From positions 31,932,001-31,996,000 of the forward strand of contig CM119372.1 of the NCBI GenBank assembly GCA_051294905.1: a stretch of DNA of 64,000 nt, written 5' to 3'. This document shows, piece after piece, positions 63,589 to 64,000 of this stretch. How positions within the stretch are numbered: the stretch's first letter is position 1; every line of letters begins with the position of its first letter. Below the pieces are notes generated by a model. That model was not told where the DNA came from. It saw nothing but the letters and a program-made list of their open reading frames with translations, and made no database searches. This DNA is from Botryllus schlosseri (Eukaryota). The translations under genes and the position numbers were made by a program.

Positions 63589-64000
63589 ACTTGTTACTTG
63601 TGTACTTTGTAGACCTTTCATTTATTACTTTCACTTGAAGTTTTTGAATCAAGCCCAAATCCAAGCTTTGAATCAAAATCCGGTTTCACCTCGAGCGTCG
63701 ATCGGTCAAAACTTTTGAACCGGAATTTTTCAAATCTAAATCTGCACACGTGCTTACAGGCGCGTATCCAGAGCGCGAAAAAGGGGGGGGGGTTTGAGTG
63801 AAATCACCTATTATGACGTCATAATTACGATCACTCGTCTACACGCCAAGGCGAATATTTACGATATATTATAGTTCAATAATTAAAAGAGATTTGCGGT
63901 GAGTGGGAGATGTACGAATTCGATACAGACAATGCCTGAAATTTCGTGTTTTTACGTTATGATTGAACGAAATTCGTAAATGCTCACATTTAGTCATGAG

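Overview
Eukaryotic (metazoan, probably an invertebrate chordate such as a tunicate; this is inference) AT-rich genomic DNA, mostly transposon-derived. There are two clear host genes: an intronless HHAT-like MBOAT acyltransferase (1841-3478, -) and a ZNF217/219/516/536-family C2H2 zinc-finger gene (from 60806, +). Between them lie: a complete but decayed Mag-clade Gypsy LTR retrotransposon (40404-45440; LTRs, tRNA-Leu PBS, PPT, 5-bp TSD); many hAT MITEs with 8-bp TSDs; a Chapaev3 derivative; Penelope-like fragments carrying minimal hammerhead ribozymes; and an 8.6-kb EnSpm/CACTA-type element carrying a spliced DUF4806-like gene that the ORF track shows only as fragments. The most striking structures are a 13-kb nest of transposons at least seven levels deep (22739-35911, read from matching TSDs), two families of minimal hammerheads, and a foldback-like element filled with TTAGGG-like G-rich repeats. 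Family assignments come from recognising motifs by eye, not from database searches.
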